Part shown: in pieces, positions 26,698-35,499 of the stretch | How the letters are laid out: each line of letters opens with the position of its first letter | Position numbering within the stretch: position 1 is the stretch's first letter | Assembly: GCA_965215605.1 (NCBI GenBank) | Contig: OZ244070.1 | Location: 3,104,001 to 3,168,000 of the forward strand | Direction of reading: 5' to 3' | Source: an uncultured Candidatus Binatia bacterium | GTDB lineage: Bacteria > Desulfobacterota > Binatia > UBA9968 > JAJDTQ01 | Length of the DNA stretch: 64,000 nt | Translations under genes and position numbers: made by a program | The notes under the pieces: generated by a model | The model's database searches: none | What the model was told of the DNA's origin: nothing | The model's input: the letters and a program-made list of their open reading frames with translations, nothing else

Positions 26698-27300
26698 ATG
26701 GAGGGCCTCATGGGAAAGCTGGAGATGCTCGATCCGCGGGCCGATGTTCTCCTGGAGAACCATCCGCCCGTTCCGGGTTTGGATGATTTGACGGGGAAAG
26801 TGGTTGGGATCATCGATAACGGCCAAGCCAACTCGAGCCCGATGTTCGAGGAGTTGGCGCGGCTCATCGAGGAACAGACGGGCGCCGCGGAGGTGCTGCT
26901 GCGGAAGAAGCCGAGCCACATGAATGCGGCGCCGGGGGAACTGATCGAGGAGATGCTGAGCCGGTGCGACGCGGTCGTCACCGGCCTCGGTGCTTGAGGG
27001 TCCTGCACGTCGTGGAGTGTCCACGACGCCATCGAGATCCAGAAGCGCGGCACCCCTACGGTGACCCTGTGCCAGACCATCTTCATGGAGCTGGGCCGGA
27101 AGGAAGCGGTGTTCTTCGGCATGCCGCAACTGCCGCTGGTGCAGATCCCGCACCATCCGAGCGGCGGCGCCCGGCCGGGTGAGCACGCCGAGGATGCGAG
27201 AATCGCCATCGGTCCGGTGCGCGAGACCCTGACGGACGCCGATGCGGCCGAGTCTGAGCCGGCCGGCGCCGCGGGAGTTGAAGCCCAAGCGGCCAAATAG
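26698..27300 (+). CDS. UGSC-family selenoprotein (TGA 26995-26997 = Sec; UxxC motif)
   Basis: Track ORFs 26698..26997 and 27061..27300 are in the same frame with no other stop between them. Read-through gives DAVVTGLGA-U-GSCTSWSVHDAIEIQKRGTPTVTLC. A hairpin follows the TGA. Alternative start ATG 26710. Confidence 0.88.
26998..27040 (+). promoter_or_regulatory. Bacterial SECIS-like hairpin
   Basis: Upper stem CGTCGTGGA (27008-27016) / TCCACGACG (27020-27028) with loop GTG. The loop G lies 20 nt after the TGA. Possible lower stem GGGTC/GATCC. Confidence 0.75.
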
Positions 27301-27340
27301 TGCATCGGCGGACATCCGACACCACGCGCACCCTTCACGC

Positions 27341-28432
27341 ATGGCTACCGATACCCCACAGGTGAAGCTCGTTTCCGAAGTCATCGAGGTAGAGGACTCG
27401 CTGGAGGCGGTCAACGACTGGTTCTGCGACCGCCAGCTAAGCGACGGCCTGCCCATCGTTCCGCCCACCCGGGAACGGGTGGAGCGGATGCTCACGGGCA
27501 CCCGCCGCGATCCCCAGGAGATCATCGGGCAGGTGCCGCCCAAGTGGGCGCCGGCCACCGTGGAGAAGATCGCCGTCAGCAGCGTGATGGCCGGGTGCCT
27601 GCCGGAGTACCTGCCGGTGGTCATCGCCGCGGTGGAGGGGATCATGGAGCCCCGCTTCAACCTCTACGGCGTCCAGGCCACTACCGGTTACGCAGGTCCG
27701 GCGCTGCTGGTGAACGGTCCGGTCCGCAACGAGCTGGGCATCAACTGCGACGCCGGGGTGTTCGGCCCGGGCCATCGCGCCAACGCCACCATCGGCCGCG
27801 CCATCCGTCTGATCCTCATCACCGTCGGCGGCGGCTATCCCGGCGATACCGACCGCGCCACCTTCGGCTGGCCTGGCAAGTACAGCTTCTGCTTCGGCGA
27901 GAACGAGGAGAAGAGTCCCTGGGAGCCCTACCACGTGAGCCGGGGCTACAAGCCCGAGCAGAGCACGGTCACCGTGTGCGGCATCAACGGCTTCATCCCC
28001 ATGCACACCGCCGGGAGTACGGGCCAGGAGGCGCTGTCGTCGCTGGCCGAGGTCATCGCCATGCATCACGGCGGCAGCCACCTGGACGTGGGCAGCTTCG
28101 GCGGCGGCACGCCGCTGGTGGCCCTGTGCACCGAGGACGCGGAGATCATAGCGCGGGACGGCATCACCCGGGCCGACATCCGCGAGTACCTCTGGGAGCA
28201 TTCCACAATCACCTTCGCCAGCATCCCGGACCGCCGCAAGGGCACCAAGAACGACGAGGAACTGCTGCGGGAGTCGCCCAACGTCACCCCCGACGGCATC
28301 GTGCACCTGGCCACCCGGCCCGACGACATCATGGTGATCGTGACCGGCGGCAAGCACCGGCACTGCGTGCTGTTGCCGATGTGGACGGGTCGGAACACGC
28401 TGGCCGTCACCAAGCCCATACGGACGGCATGA
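27341..28432 (+). CDS. Conserved hypothetical protein, partner of the UGSC selenoprotein
   Basis: SDGLPIVPPT, TVEKIAVSSVMAGC, GVQATT, NATIGRA, CFGENEEKSPW. Coding-like codon usage, 40 nt after the selenoprotein stop. Confidence 0.8.
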   Translation: MATDTPQVKLVSEVIEVEDSLEAVNDWFCDRQLSDGLPIVPPTRERVERMLTGTRRDPQEIIGQVPPKWAPATVEKIAVSSVMAGCLPEYLPVVIAAVEGIMEPRFNLYGVQATTGYAGPALLVNGPVRNELGINCDAGVFGPGHRANATIGRAIRLILITVGGGYPGDTDRATFGWPGKYSFCFGENEEKSPWEPYHVSRGYKPEQSTVTVCGINGFIPMHTAGSTGQEALSSLAEVIAMHHGGSHLDVGSFGGGTPLVALCTEDAEIIARDGITRADIREYLWEHSTITFASIPDRRKGTKNDEELLRESPNVTPDGIVHLATRPDDIMVIVTGGKHRHCVLLPMWTGRNTLAVTKPIRTA

Positions 28433-28498
28433 CGATCCCGCCTCTCGTTATCCTCACTACGATTTCAGGAAGGTCGCGTTAGCGAACAAGGAGCGTCC

Positions 28499-29713
28499 AT
28501 GGATTTCAATCTGCAAGAAGACTCGCCGGAGATGACCGAATTCCGCAAGGAAGTCCGGGCCTGGATGGAAGAGAACATGAAGGGCTCGGAGCACCTGAGG
28601 TGGTCGGCGTCGTGGTCCACCCGGGAGGACGAGGAGGAGTACGGCTTCCGCCGCGGCCTGGGCGAGAAGCTGGGCAAGAAGGGCTGGCTGTTCCCGATGT
28701 ATCCGGAGGAGTACGGCGGCGCCGGCCTCACCGTGGACCACCAATTCGTGCTGGAGACCGAGCTGGCGCGTTACGGCCTCAACCTCACCCACATCTTCTA
28801 CACTCTGGCGCGCATCGTCGCGCCGGTGCTGCTCCACTGGGGCAGCGAGGAACAGAAGCGCGAGTTCCTGCCGCCCATCGCCCGGGGCGAGATCGTGGTG
28901 TGGCAGGTGCTGACCGAGCCCCAGAGCGGCAGCGACGTGGCCAACTGCCAGACCCGCGCCATCCGCGACGGCGACGACTACATCGTCACCGGCCAGAAGG
29001 TGATGGTGGGGCACCACCTGCCGCCGGACGTCCTGTGGACGCTGGTGTGCACCGACCCCGACGGCAAGCGCCACGAGAACCTGGGCTGGCTGCACATCCC
29101 GGCCAACCTGCCGGGGATCACGATTCAGCACATGCACCTGATGATGGGCATCAAGAACGCGGTGTTCTTCGACGGCGTGCGGGTGCCCGCCAAGTACCTT
29201 GTCGGCGGCGAGAACAACGGCTGGAAGGTGGCCCACACACACCTGGAGCTGGAGCACGGCGGCGACGGCCGAGTGGGCACTGACCCGGTGGTGGACCGGG
29301 TGGTGGAGTACTGCCGGAACCACGAGGTGGGCGGCAAGCCGCTCATCGAAGACCCCCACGTGCGCGACACCATCGCGGACATGATCCTGGAGATCAACAC
29401 GGTCAACCGCATGAACCGGCGCATCTTCTGGCACCGTTTCGTCAAGGAGCCGCACGCCTACGGCGGCGCCCAGTTCCGCTACTACCAGCGCATGGCCCGG
29501 CTCAGGAACGGCGAGCGGCTGCAGAAGATCATGGGCGCGGACGCGCTGATCCCGGACCACAGCGTGCACGAGGTGCTGGACTTCGAGTACGTCATCCGCA
29601 GCGGCCCGGGCCAGCTTCACGGCGGCGGCACCCTCGACACCGACCGGCTCATCTTCGCCCGTCGCGCCGGCATCGGCCGCCAGACCAGGGAGAAGGCGCC
29701 GGATACGGTGTAG
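28499..29713 (+). CDS. Acyl-CoA dehydrogenase family protein
   Basis: PEEYGGAG, LTEPQSGSDVA, VTGQK, VFFDGVRVP, GGENNGW, GGGT. Confidence 0.9.
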   Translation: MDFNLQEDSPEMTEFRKEVRAWMEENMKGSEHLRWSASWSTREDEEEYGFRRGLGEKLGKKGWLFPMYPEEYGGAGLTVDHQFVLETELARYGLNLTHIFYTLARIVAPVLLHWGSEEQKREFLPPIARGEIVVWQVLTEPQSGSDVANCQTRAIRDGDDYIVTGQKVMVGHHLPPDVLWTLVCTDPDGKRHENLGWLHIPANLPGITIQHMHLMMGIKNAVFFDGVRVPAKYLVGGENNGWKVAHTHLELEHGGDGRVGTDPVVDRVVEYCRNHEVGGKPLIEDPHVRDTIADMILEINTVNRMNRRIFWHRFVKEPHAYGGAQFRYYQRMARLRNGERLQKIMGADALIPDHSVHEVLDFEYVIRSGPGQLHGGGTLDTDRLIFARRAGIGRQTREKAPDTV

Positions 29714-29793
29714 GGACGCCGGCATTGTCAGAGGTAGGATTAATTTCAGAGCATAACTAAGCGAATTCTATAAGAAGCGGATTTGGTGGAATT

Positions 29794-30915
29794 ATGGATT
29801 TGAGACTCAACGAAGACCAGGAGATGTTCAGGAAGGTGGCCGCGGACTTCGTCCAGGCGGAGGCGCCGACCACCATGCTGACACAGCAGTTCCTCAAGAA
29901 GGAGACCTTCCTGCCGGACCTGTACGCCAAGATCGCCGGGCTGGGCTGGCTCGGCATGCTCATGCCGGAGCAGTACGGCGGCGCCGGGCTGTCCTACCTG
30001 GACAGCGGCGTGGTCTTCGAGGAACTGGGGCGGGCGCCGGTGCCCGGGCCGGTCTTCTCGTCCGGCGTGCTGGCGGCCCAGATCGTCCATGACGGCGGCT
30101 CCGACGCCCAGAAGCAGGAACTGCTGCCGGCCATCTGCGGCGGCGAGGCCATCGTGATCCCGGCCATCGGCGACCACGGCGCCCACTGGGGACCGGAGAC
30201 GGTGGCCACCACGTGTTCGCAATCCGGCGACAGCCTGACCCTCCAGGGCACCAAGCGCCACGTCTACGACGCCGAGGGCGCCACGGCGTTCCTGTGCGCG
30301 GTCCGCGGCGGCGACGGTGGGGTGTCGGTGGTGCTGGTGGACCGCAACGCCTCGGGCGTGACGGTGAAGCCGCACAACGGTTTCATGGTGTCGGTGAGCG
30401 AGGTCGCCTTCGACGGCGTCCAGGTGCCGGCCGCCAACCTCATCGGCGCCGCGGGCGCGGGGTGGGAGATGCTGGACAAGGCCGCGGAAAAGGCCATTCC
30501 GATCCTGTGCGCCTACAAGGTGGGGGCGTGTCAGGAGATCTACGAGTTCACCGTCCGGTACACCAACGAGCGCCGCGCCTTCGGCCAGCTCATCGGCCGT
30601 TTCCAGCGGGTCCAGGACCACTGCGTGGAGCTTTCGATCCACATGGACCGGGCGCGGATGGCCACCTACGAGACCCTGTGGGAGCTCGACCAGGGAATGC
30701 CCGCGGAAGCCGGCATCCACGAGTCCAAGGCCGCGGCCAGCGAGGGCTACCACCAGGCGTGCAGTTACTCGCACATGGTGCACGCCGGTCCGGGCACCGA
30801 CTACCTGCACCCGCTCATGGTGCACAGCGTGCTGGCGCACACGCTGTACCAGTATCTGGGCACGCCGGACTATCACAAGCGCCGCATGGTCGACGCGCTC
30901 TATCCGAGCGCGTAA
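29794..30915 (+). CDS. Acyl-CoA dehydrogenase family protein (likely second subunit of a heteromer)
   Basis: PEQYGGAG, FEELGR, RRAFGQLIGRFQ, HMVHAG. Degenerate FAD motif (AIGD in place of TEP). Confidence 0.88.
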   Translation: MDLRLNEDQEMFRKVAADFVQAEAPTTMLTQQFLKKETFLPDLYAKIAGLGWLGMLMPEQYGGAGLSYLDSGVVFEELGRAPVPGPVFSSGVLAAQIVHDGGSDAQKQELLPAICGGEAIVIPAIGDHGAHWGPETVATTCSQSGDSLTLQGTKRHVYDAEGATAFLCAVRGGDGGVSVVLVDRNASGVTVKPHNGFMVSVSEVAFDGVQVPAANLIGAAGAGWEMLDKAAEKAIPILCAYKVGACQEIYEFTVRYTNERRAFGQLIGRFQRVQDHCVELSIHMDRARMATYETLWELDQGMPAEAGIHESKAAASEGYHQACSYSHMVHAGPGTDYLHPLMVHSVLAHTLYQYLGTPDYHKRRMVDALYPSA

Positions 30916-31032
30916 GGTGTTTGGGGGCGGGTCTCGGACCCGCCCGGGTTGAGCAACGGGAAGAAGCAGGTGAATATCGGGTTCATTGGTATCGGGTCAA
31001 TCCGTGAGACGCACGGAGAAAGGGAATCCGCC

Positions 31033-32082
31033 ATGAGACAGATACGCTTTGCCATCGCCGTCTTGTTCGTCCTCTTGCTTGCCGGTCAGGCGGCCGCGCA
31101 GGACGTGAACTTCAAGGGCAAGACCGTCAACCTGGTCGTCGGCACCGGCGCCGGCGGCGGTTACGACATTATCGCCCGCCTGTTCGCCAAGGTGGCCCCC
31201 AAGCACTTGCCGGGCAGTCCCCGGTTCATCGTACGCAATGTTCCCGGCGGCGCCGGCCTCAAGGGGACCCAGTACATCAACCGCAGAAAGCCGGACGGCC
31301 TCACGGTCGGGCCGCACTTCACCAGCCTGGTCATGAAGGAGCTGGCAGGGGTGGACGTGCCGGGCTTCGACGTCAAGGAACTCATCATCCTGGGAGCGCC
31401 CACGCTGGTGGACGACAGCTACACCATCTGCGCCGACCGGAAGGTCGTCAAGTCCTGGGAAGACATGCTCAAGATGGGCCGGCCCCTGCGCATGGCGTCG
31501 CAACGGCCCGGCATCGGCCGGGTCCCCATGGGCGGCGAGTTCGTGCAACTCGTGGGCGGTCCCATGAAGCTCATCTACGGCTACAAGTCCACCGCCGAGG
31601 AGTTGGCGGCCTTTGCCCGCGGCGAGACCGAGGTGGTGACCTGCCTCGAGCGCCGCTTGCCGCGCCTGTATCCGGAGCTGGTGGAGAAGAAGCGGCTGCT
31701 GCCGATCTTCTGGTGGAACGCTCCGCCGAGCGAGGGGTGGATGAAGCGGCTGGAAGCCGAGGTGCCGCGCAACATCCTCAAGCTGCCCGGTCTCAAGATC
31801 AGCGAGTCCCAGAAGTTGGCGTTCAACACGGCCGTGAACATTCACCAGTCCCTGAGGGCCTTCATGCTTCCGCCGAAGACGCCCCAGCCCATCGTGGATG
31901 TCTGGCGCAAGGCGTTCAAGGCCACCATCGAGGACCCGGAGTTCGTGAAGATCGCCACGGTCGCCGGCTACGACGTGGGCTACGGCTCTCCGGAGCATTA
32001 CGAGAAACAACTCGCCACCATCAAGGATCTGCCTCCTGACGGCGCGCTGTTCTTCCAGAAGCTGATGGGCGAGAAGCGCTAG
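31033..32082 (+). CDS. tctC: TctC/Bug-type substrate-binding protein
   Basis: Signal peptide MRQIRFAIAVLFVLLLAGQAAA, then FKGKTVNLVVG, GGGYD, RNVPGGAG, KPDGLT. Confidence 0.88.
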   Translation: MRQIRFAIAVLFVLLLAGQAAAQDVNFKGKTVNLVVGTGAGGGYDIIARLFAKVAPKHLPGSPRFIVRNVPGGAGLKGTQYINRRKPDGLTVGPHFTSLVMKELAGVDVPGFDVKELIILGAPTLVDDSYTICADRKVVKSWEDMLKMGRPLRMASQRPGIGRVPMGGEFVQLVGGPMKLIYGYKSTAEELAAFARGETEVVTCLERRLPRLYPELVEKKRLLPIFWWNAPPSEGWMKRLEAEVPRNILKLPGLKISESQKLAFNTAVNIHQSLRAFMLPPKTPQPIVDVWRKAFKATIEDPEFVKIATVAGYDVGYGSPEHYEKQLATIKDLPPDGALFFQKLMGEKR

Positions 32083-32114
32083 GCACGCGTCCGAGCTATA
32101 GACTTGTAGCGATC

Positions 32115-32142
32115 GTAGGGGCGACGGGCCGGTCGCCCCTAC
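32115..32142. repeat. GTAG-family REP element
   Basis: GTAGGGGCGAC-GGGCCG-GTCGCCCCTAC palindrome with GTAG/CTAC ends. Confidence 0.8.
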
Positions 32143-32217
32143 CGGGTTCCGCCGCAGTGTAGGGCGCCAGCGTTCCGGGACGGCTTCCAGAACGCTGGCG
32201 CCTTGCCGGGAGCCTTC

Positions 32218-34344
32218 ATGCTCGAAGCTTCCGTTGACGCCTTCTTTCATCTCTTCTCGCCGGGGCCGCTGCTGGCGATGCTCCTGGTGCTGCCGGTTGC
32301 GCTGTTCTCGGGGCTCATGCCCGGAGGCGGCCTGCCGGTGTCCGTGGTGGTCCTGAGCCTGGCGGTCCACCTCGACCCCTGGGTCGCCATCACCATCGTG
32401 GTGTTCCACATGGCGGCCAGCGACATCACCGAGCCCATCCCCGCCATCCTGTTCGGCGTGCCCGGCGCCCGCTCGGCCCAGGCCACCGTGCTCGACGGCT
32501 ATCCCATGGCCCAGCAGGGCCTGGCCGGGGTGGCGCTGGGGGCGAGCTACACCACCACCATCGTGGGCGGCGTCATCGGCGCCGTCGCGCTGCTGCTGGC
32601 GCTGCCGGTGAGCCGGCAGCTTCTGGAGTGGTTCGGCTCGGCGGAGTTCTTCCTGCTGACGCTCATGGGGGTGCTGGCGGTGGCCGTGGTGAGCGCCGGG
32701 GCCTTCGTCAAGGGCATCCTCACCGCGGCTTTCGGCATTGCCATCGCCATGGTGGGCTACGCGGACCTGGGCGGCAATGTGCGCGCCGCCATGGGGTTCG
32801 ACTTCTACCTGTGGGACGGGTTCGGACTGGTGCCGGTGGTGGTGGGCCTGTTCGCGTTGCCGGAGGCCATCGCGCTGGTGGTGGGGGACACCACCATCGC
32901 CCGGGCACGCCTGGACACGCTCCTGCGGGAGGCCAAGGCCGACGTGTGGCGCGGCATGTGGCAGGCCTGGAACCACAAGTGGCTGATGGTGCGCTCGTCG
33001 CTCATCGGCGTGTTCGTGGGCATCATGCCCGGGGTGGGCGGCAGCGCCGCCCACTGGATCGCCTACGCCCAGGCGCGCCAGACCGAGCCCGGCGGCACCG
33101 AGACCTTCGGCAAGGGCGACGTCCGCGGCGTCATCGCCTCCGACGCCGCCAACAACTCGGTGGACGGCGGCGTGCTAATCCCCACCGTGGTGTTCGGCAT
33201 TCCCGGCAGCGGCGGCATGGCCATTGTCCTTGCCATCCTCATCCTCACAGGGATCACCCCGGGCCCGCTCATGCTCACGCGCCACCTCGACCTCACCGTG
33301 AGCATGGTCTACACCATCGCTTTCGCCAATCTCGTCGTGGTGCCCATCATGCTGGCCTTCGCGCCGACCCTGTGCCGCATCGCGGTGATCCCGCCCAACA
33401 TCCTGGCGCCGGTGGTGGTGGGCATCGTCTCGCTGGCGGCGCTGGCGGCCAGCGGCTCCCTGGGCGACCTCGGGGCGGTGCTGGCCTTCGGCCTGCTAGG
33501 CGTCTTCATGAAACGCTACGGCTGGCCCAGGCCGCCCATCCTCATCGCCGTGGCCCTGGCGGACATCCTGGAGCGGTTCCTGTGGATCTCGGTGAGCAAC
33601 TACGGCTGGGGAATGCTCCTGCGGCCGCAGTTCCTGGTCATCCTCGCATTCATGGTCGCGGTGACCCTGTTCAGCCTGCGGGCCCAGCGCGGCGCCCGGC
33701 AGGCCATGATGTCCATGACCGAGGGGGAGGAGTCCGAGCCGGTGGCGGAAGGCGGCGCCCCGGGGCGGGGAGCCGTGGCGGCGGCAGGGGACGCCGCGGC
33801 GGAATCAACGGCAGCCGGCGACAAGGACGGAGACGGTCCGCTCAAGCGCCGCTTCACCCTCGAGGCCGCCGGAGAGGCCGCGCTCCTGCTCGCGGTGGGC
33901 GGGTTCTTTCTCTACATGTTCATCGATTCGTTCAGTTATCCGGAAGGCGCCGACCTGATGCCGAGGCTCGCGGTGCTGGTGGGGACCCCGTTCTGGCTCA
34001 TCCGCGCGTGGACCCTGTTGAGAGGCACTCCGGAAAAGCGCATCGAGGAAGGCGACATCATGGACACGGGCTTCATCCTCGGGGACGATCCCAAGAGCGA
34101 GGGCCGGCGGTTCGCGCGCATCTTCGGTTTCACCGCGCTCATGTACGTGGCCATCTGGCTCATCGGCGTGCACATCGCCCTGCCGGGGATGCTGTTCCTC
34201 TACCTGATGTACTACGGCAAGGCGGGATGGTTGTGGTCCGCGGGGCTCGCCCTCGCATTCCTGGCGCTGATCGTCGGCTTCTACGACTTCGCCCTCCACA
34301 TCGTCTGGCCCGAGGCGCCCTTCGGCCTCTGGCCGACGGGCTAG
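32218..34344 (+). CDS. tctA: TctA permease with a fused C-terminal TctB-like domain
   Basis: LDGYPMAQQG, FGKGDVRGVIASDAANN, FGIPGS, then an acidic linker and 4-5 TM segments ending ALHIVWPE. Confidence 0.88.
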   Translation: MLEASVDAFFHLFSPGPLLAMLLVLPVALFSGLMPGGGLPVSVVVLSLAVHLDPWVAITIVVFHMAASDITEPIPAILFGVPGARSAQATVLDGYPMAQQGLAGVALGASYTTTIVGGVIGAVALLLALPVSRQLLEWFGSAEFFLLTLMGVLAVAVVSAGAFVKGILTAAFGIAIAMVGYADLGGNVRAAMGFDFYLWDGFGLVPVVVGLFALPEAIALVVGDTTIARARLDTLLREAKADVWRGMWQAWNHKWLMVRSSLIGVFVGIMPGVGGSAAHWIAYAQARQTEPGGTETFGKGDVRGVIASDAANNSVDGGVLIPTVVFGIPGSGGMAIVLAILILTGITPGPLMLTRHLDLTVSMVYTIAFANLVVVPIMLAFAPTLCRIAVIPPNILAPVVVGIVSLAALAASGSLGDLGAVLAFGLLGVFMKRYGWPRPPILIAVALADILERFLWISVSNYGWGMLLRPQFLVILAFMVAVTLFSLRAQRGARQAMMSMTEGEESEPVAEGGAPGRGAVAAAGDAAAESTAAGDKDGDGPLKRRFTLEAAGEAALLLAVGGFFLYMFIDSFSYPEGADLMPRLAVLVGTPFWLIRAWTLLRGTPEKRIEEGDIMDTGFILGDDPKSEGRRFARIFGFTALMYVAIWLIGVHIALPGMLFLYLMYYGKAGWLWSAGLALAFLALIVGFYDFALHIVWPEAPFGLWPTG

Positions 34345-34389
34345 GAACGACCTGGACAAACCCGCCTACTCCTCAAAGGCGCCCAACTC

Positions 34390-35388
34390 CTACAGCTTCA
34401 GCAGCCTCCGCGCATTCGCCTCCAGGATCGCCAGCTTCTCCTCCTCCGGGCAGTCCAGCGCCTCCACCTTCTCCACCGCGTTCCAATCACCCAGCGGGTA
34501 CGGGTAGTCCGTCCCGACCATCAGGTGCTCCCACCCCAGCAGGCTCTTGAGGTACTCCAGGGTGTCCACCCGGTAGACCAGCGCGTCAGAGTACAGGTTT
34601 TTGAGGTAGGCGCTTGGCTTGTCCTGGGCCTCGGCGTCCGCCGCCCCCGGCCGTACCCCGAAGCCTTGGTCGAAACGCCCGAGGTGGTAGGGGAAGAAGC
34701 CGCCGCCGTGCAACGTGCAGAGTTTCAGATCGGGAAACCGGTCGAACACGCCGCTGTAGGTCATGAAGCCCAGCGAGAGGGCGGTGTCCGCGGGGTTGCC
34801 GCAGATCAGGAACAGGCCGTAGGCGCCCATGCGCTCGAGCCCGGCGATGTCCTCAGGGTGCATGACGATGAGGGCGTCCAGTTCCTGCGCCTTGCCCCAG
34901 AAAGCATCGAACTCATGGCTCCTGTAGTACTCGCCGTTGACGTTGGTGCCGATGTAGGCCCCCGCCAGCCCGTGCTCGAGGATGCCGCGCTCCAACACCT
35001 TCGCGGCCCGCTTGGGGTCCTGCAGCGGCACCGCCGCCAGCGCGGTGAACCGGTCCGGGTGCCGGGTTCTGAGCTCCATCAAACCCTCGTTGTAGAGGTT
35101 GCACCAGGTCTCTCCCTGCTCCGGGTTCAGCCGGTAGCCGAGGCAGGCGGTGTGGGGTTCCAGGGTCGCCAGGGCGATCTTGCCCTTGTCCATGTTCGCC
35201 AGCCGCTTCTCCACGTCCATGAGCGGCGGCGGCACCACGAAGCTCGGTCCGCCGCCGATGGTGACGGTGTTGAGGCCTTCCGGGGTGCTGCCCACCTCCG
35301 TGCCCACGGCCTTGCCGTGGGCCTTCAGCTCCTCGATCAGGCCCGGAGGCATGTAGTGGTGGTGAATGTCGATGGCACAGGTATGCAT
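34390..35388 (-). CDS. Amidohydrolase family, ACMSD-like decarboxylase/hydratase
   Basis: IDIHHHYMP, AVPLQDP, IVMHP, GVFDRFP, HGGGFFP, VGTDYPY. Confidence 0.9.
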   Translation of the reverse strand: MHTCAIDIHHHYMPPGLIEELKAHGKAVGTEVGSTPEGLNTVTIGGGPSFVVPPPLMDVEKRLANMDKGKIALATLEPHTACLGYRLNPEQGETWCNLYNEGLMELRTRHPDRFTALAAVPLQDPKRAAKVLERGILEHGLAGAYIGTNVNGEYYRSHEFDAFWGKAQELDALIVMHPEDIAGLERMGAYGLFLICGNPADTALSLGFMTYSGVFDRFPDLKLCTLHGGGFFPYHLGRFDQGFGVRPGAADAEAQDKPSAYLKNLYSDALVYRVDTLEYLKSLLGWEHLMVGTDYPYPLGDWNAVEKVEALDCPEEEKLAILEANARRLLKL

Positions 35389-35499
35389 TGGCGCAAGTCT
35401 CCTTCACTGGGGTGTGGTGTCGATCTGGAATTGTTCCATCATCGGAGCCGGTATGCTAGTCTCCTGACATCACCAAGTACACTCGGAGGTCAGGTCATC

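Noticed and set aside
26698-26997. Treating 26698..26997 and 27061..27300 as two small genes or a nonsense pseudogene
   Set aside because: Same frame, the TGA sits exactly at the first position of a xGSC redox motif, and a SECIS-like hairpin follows. Sec read-through explains the data better.
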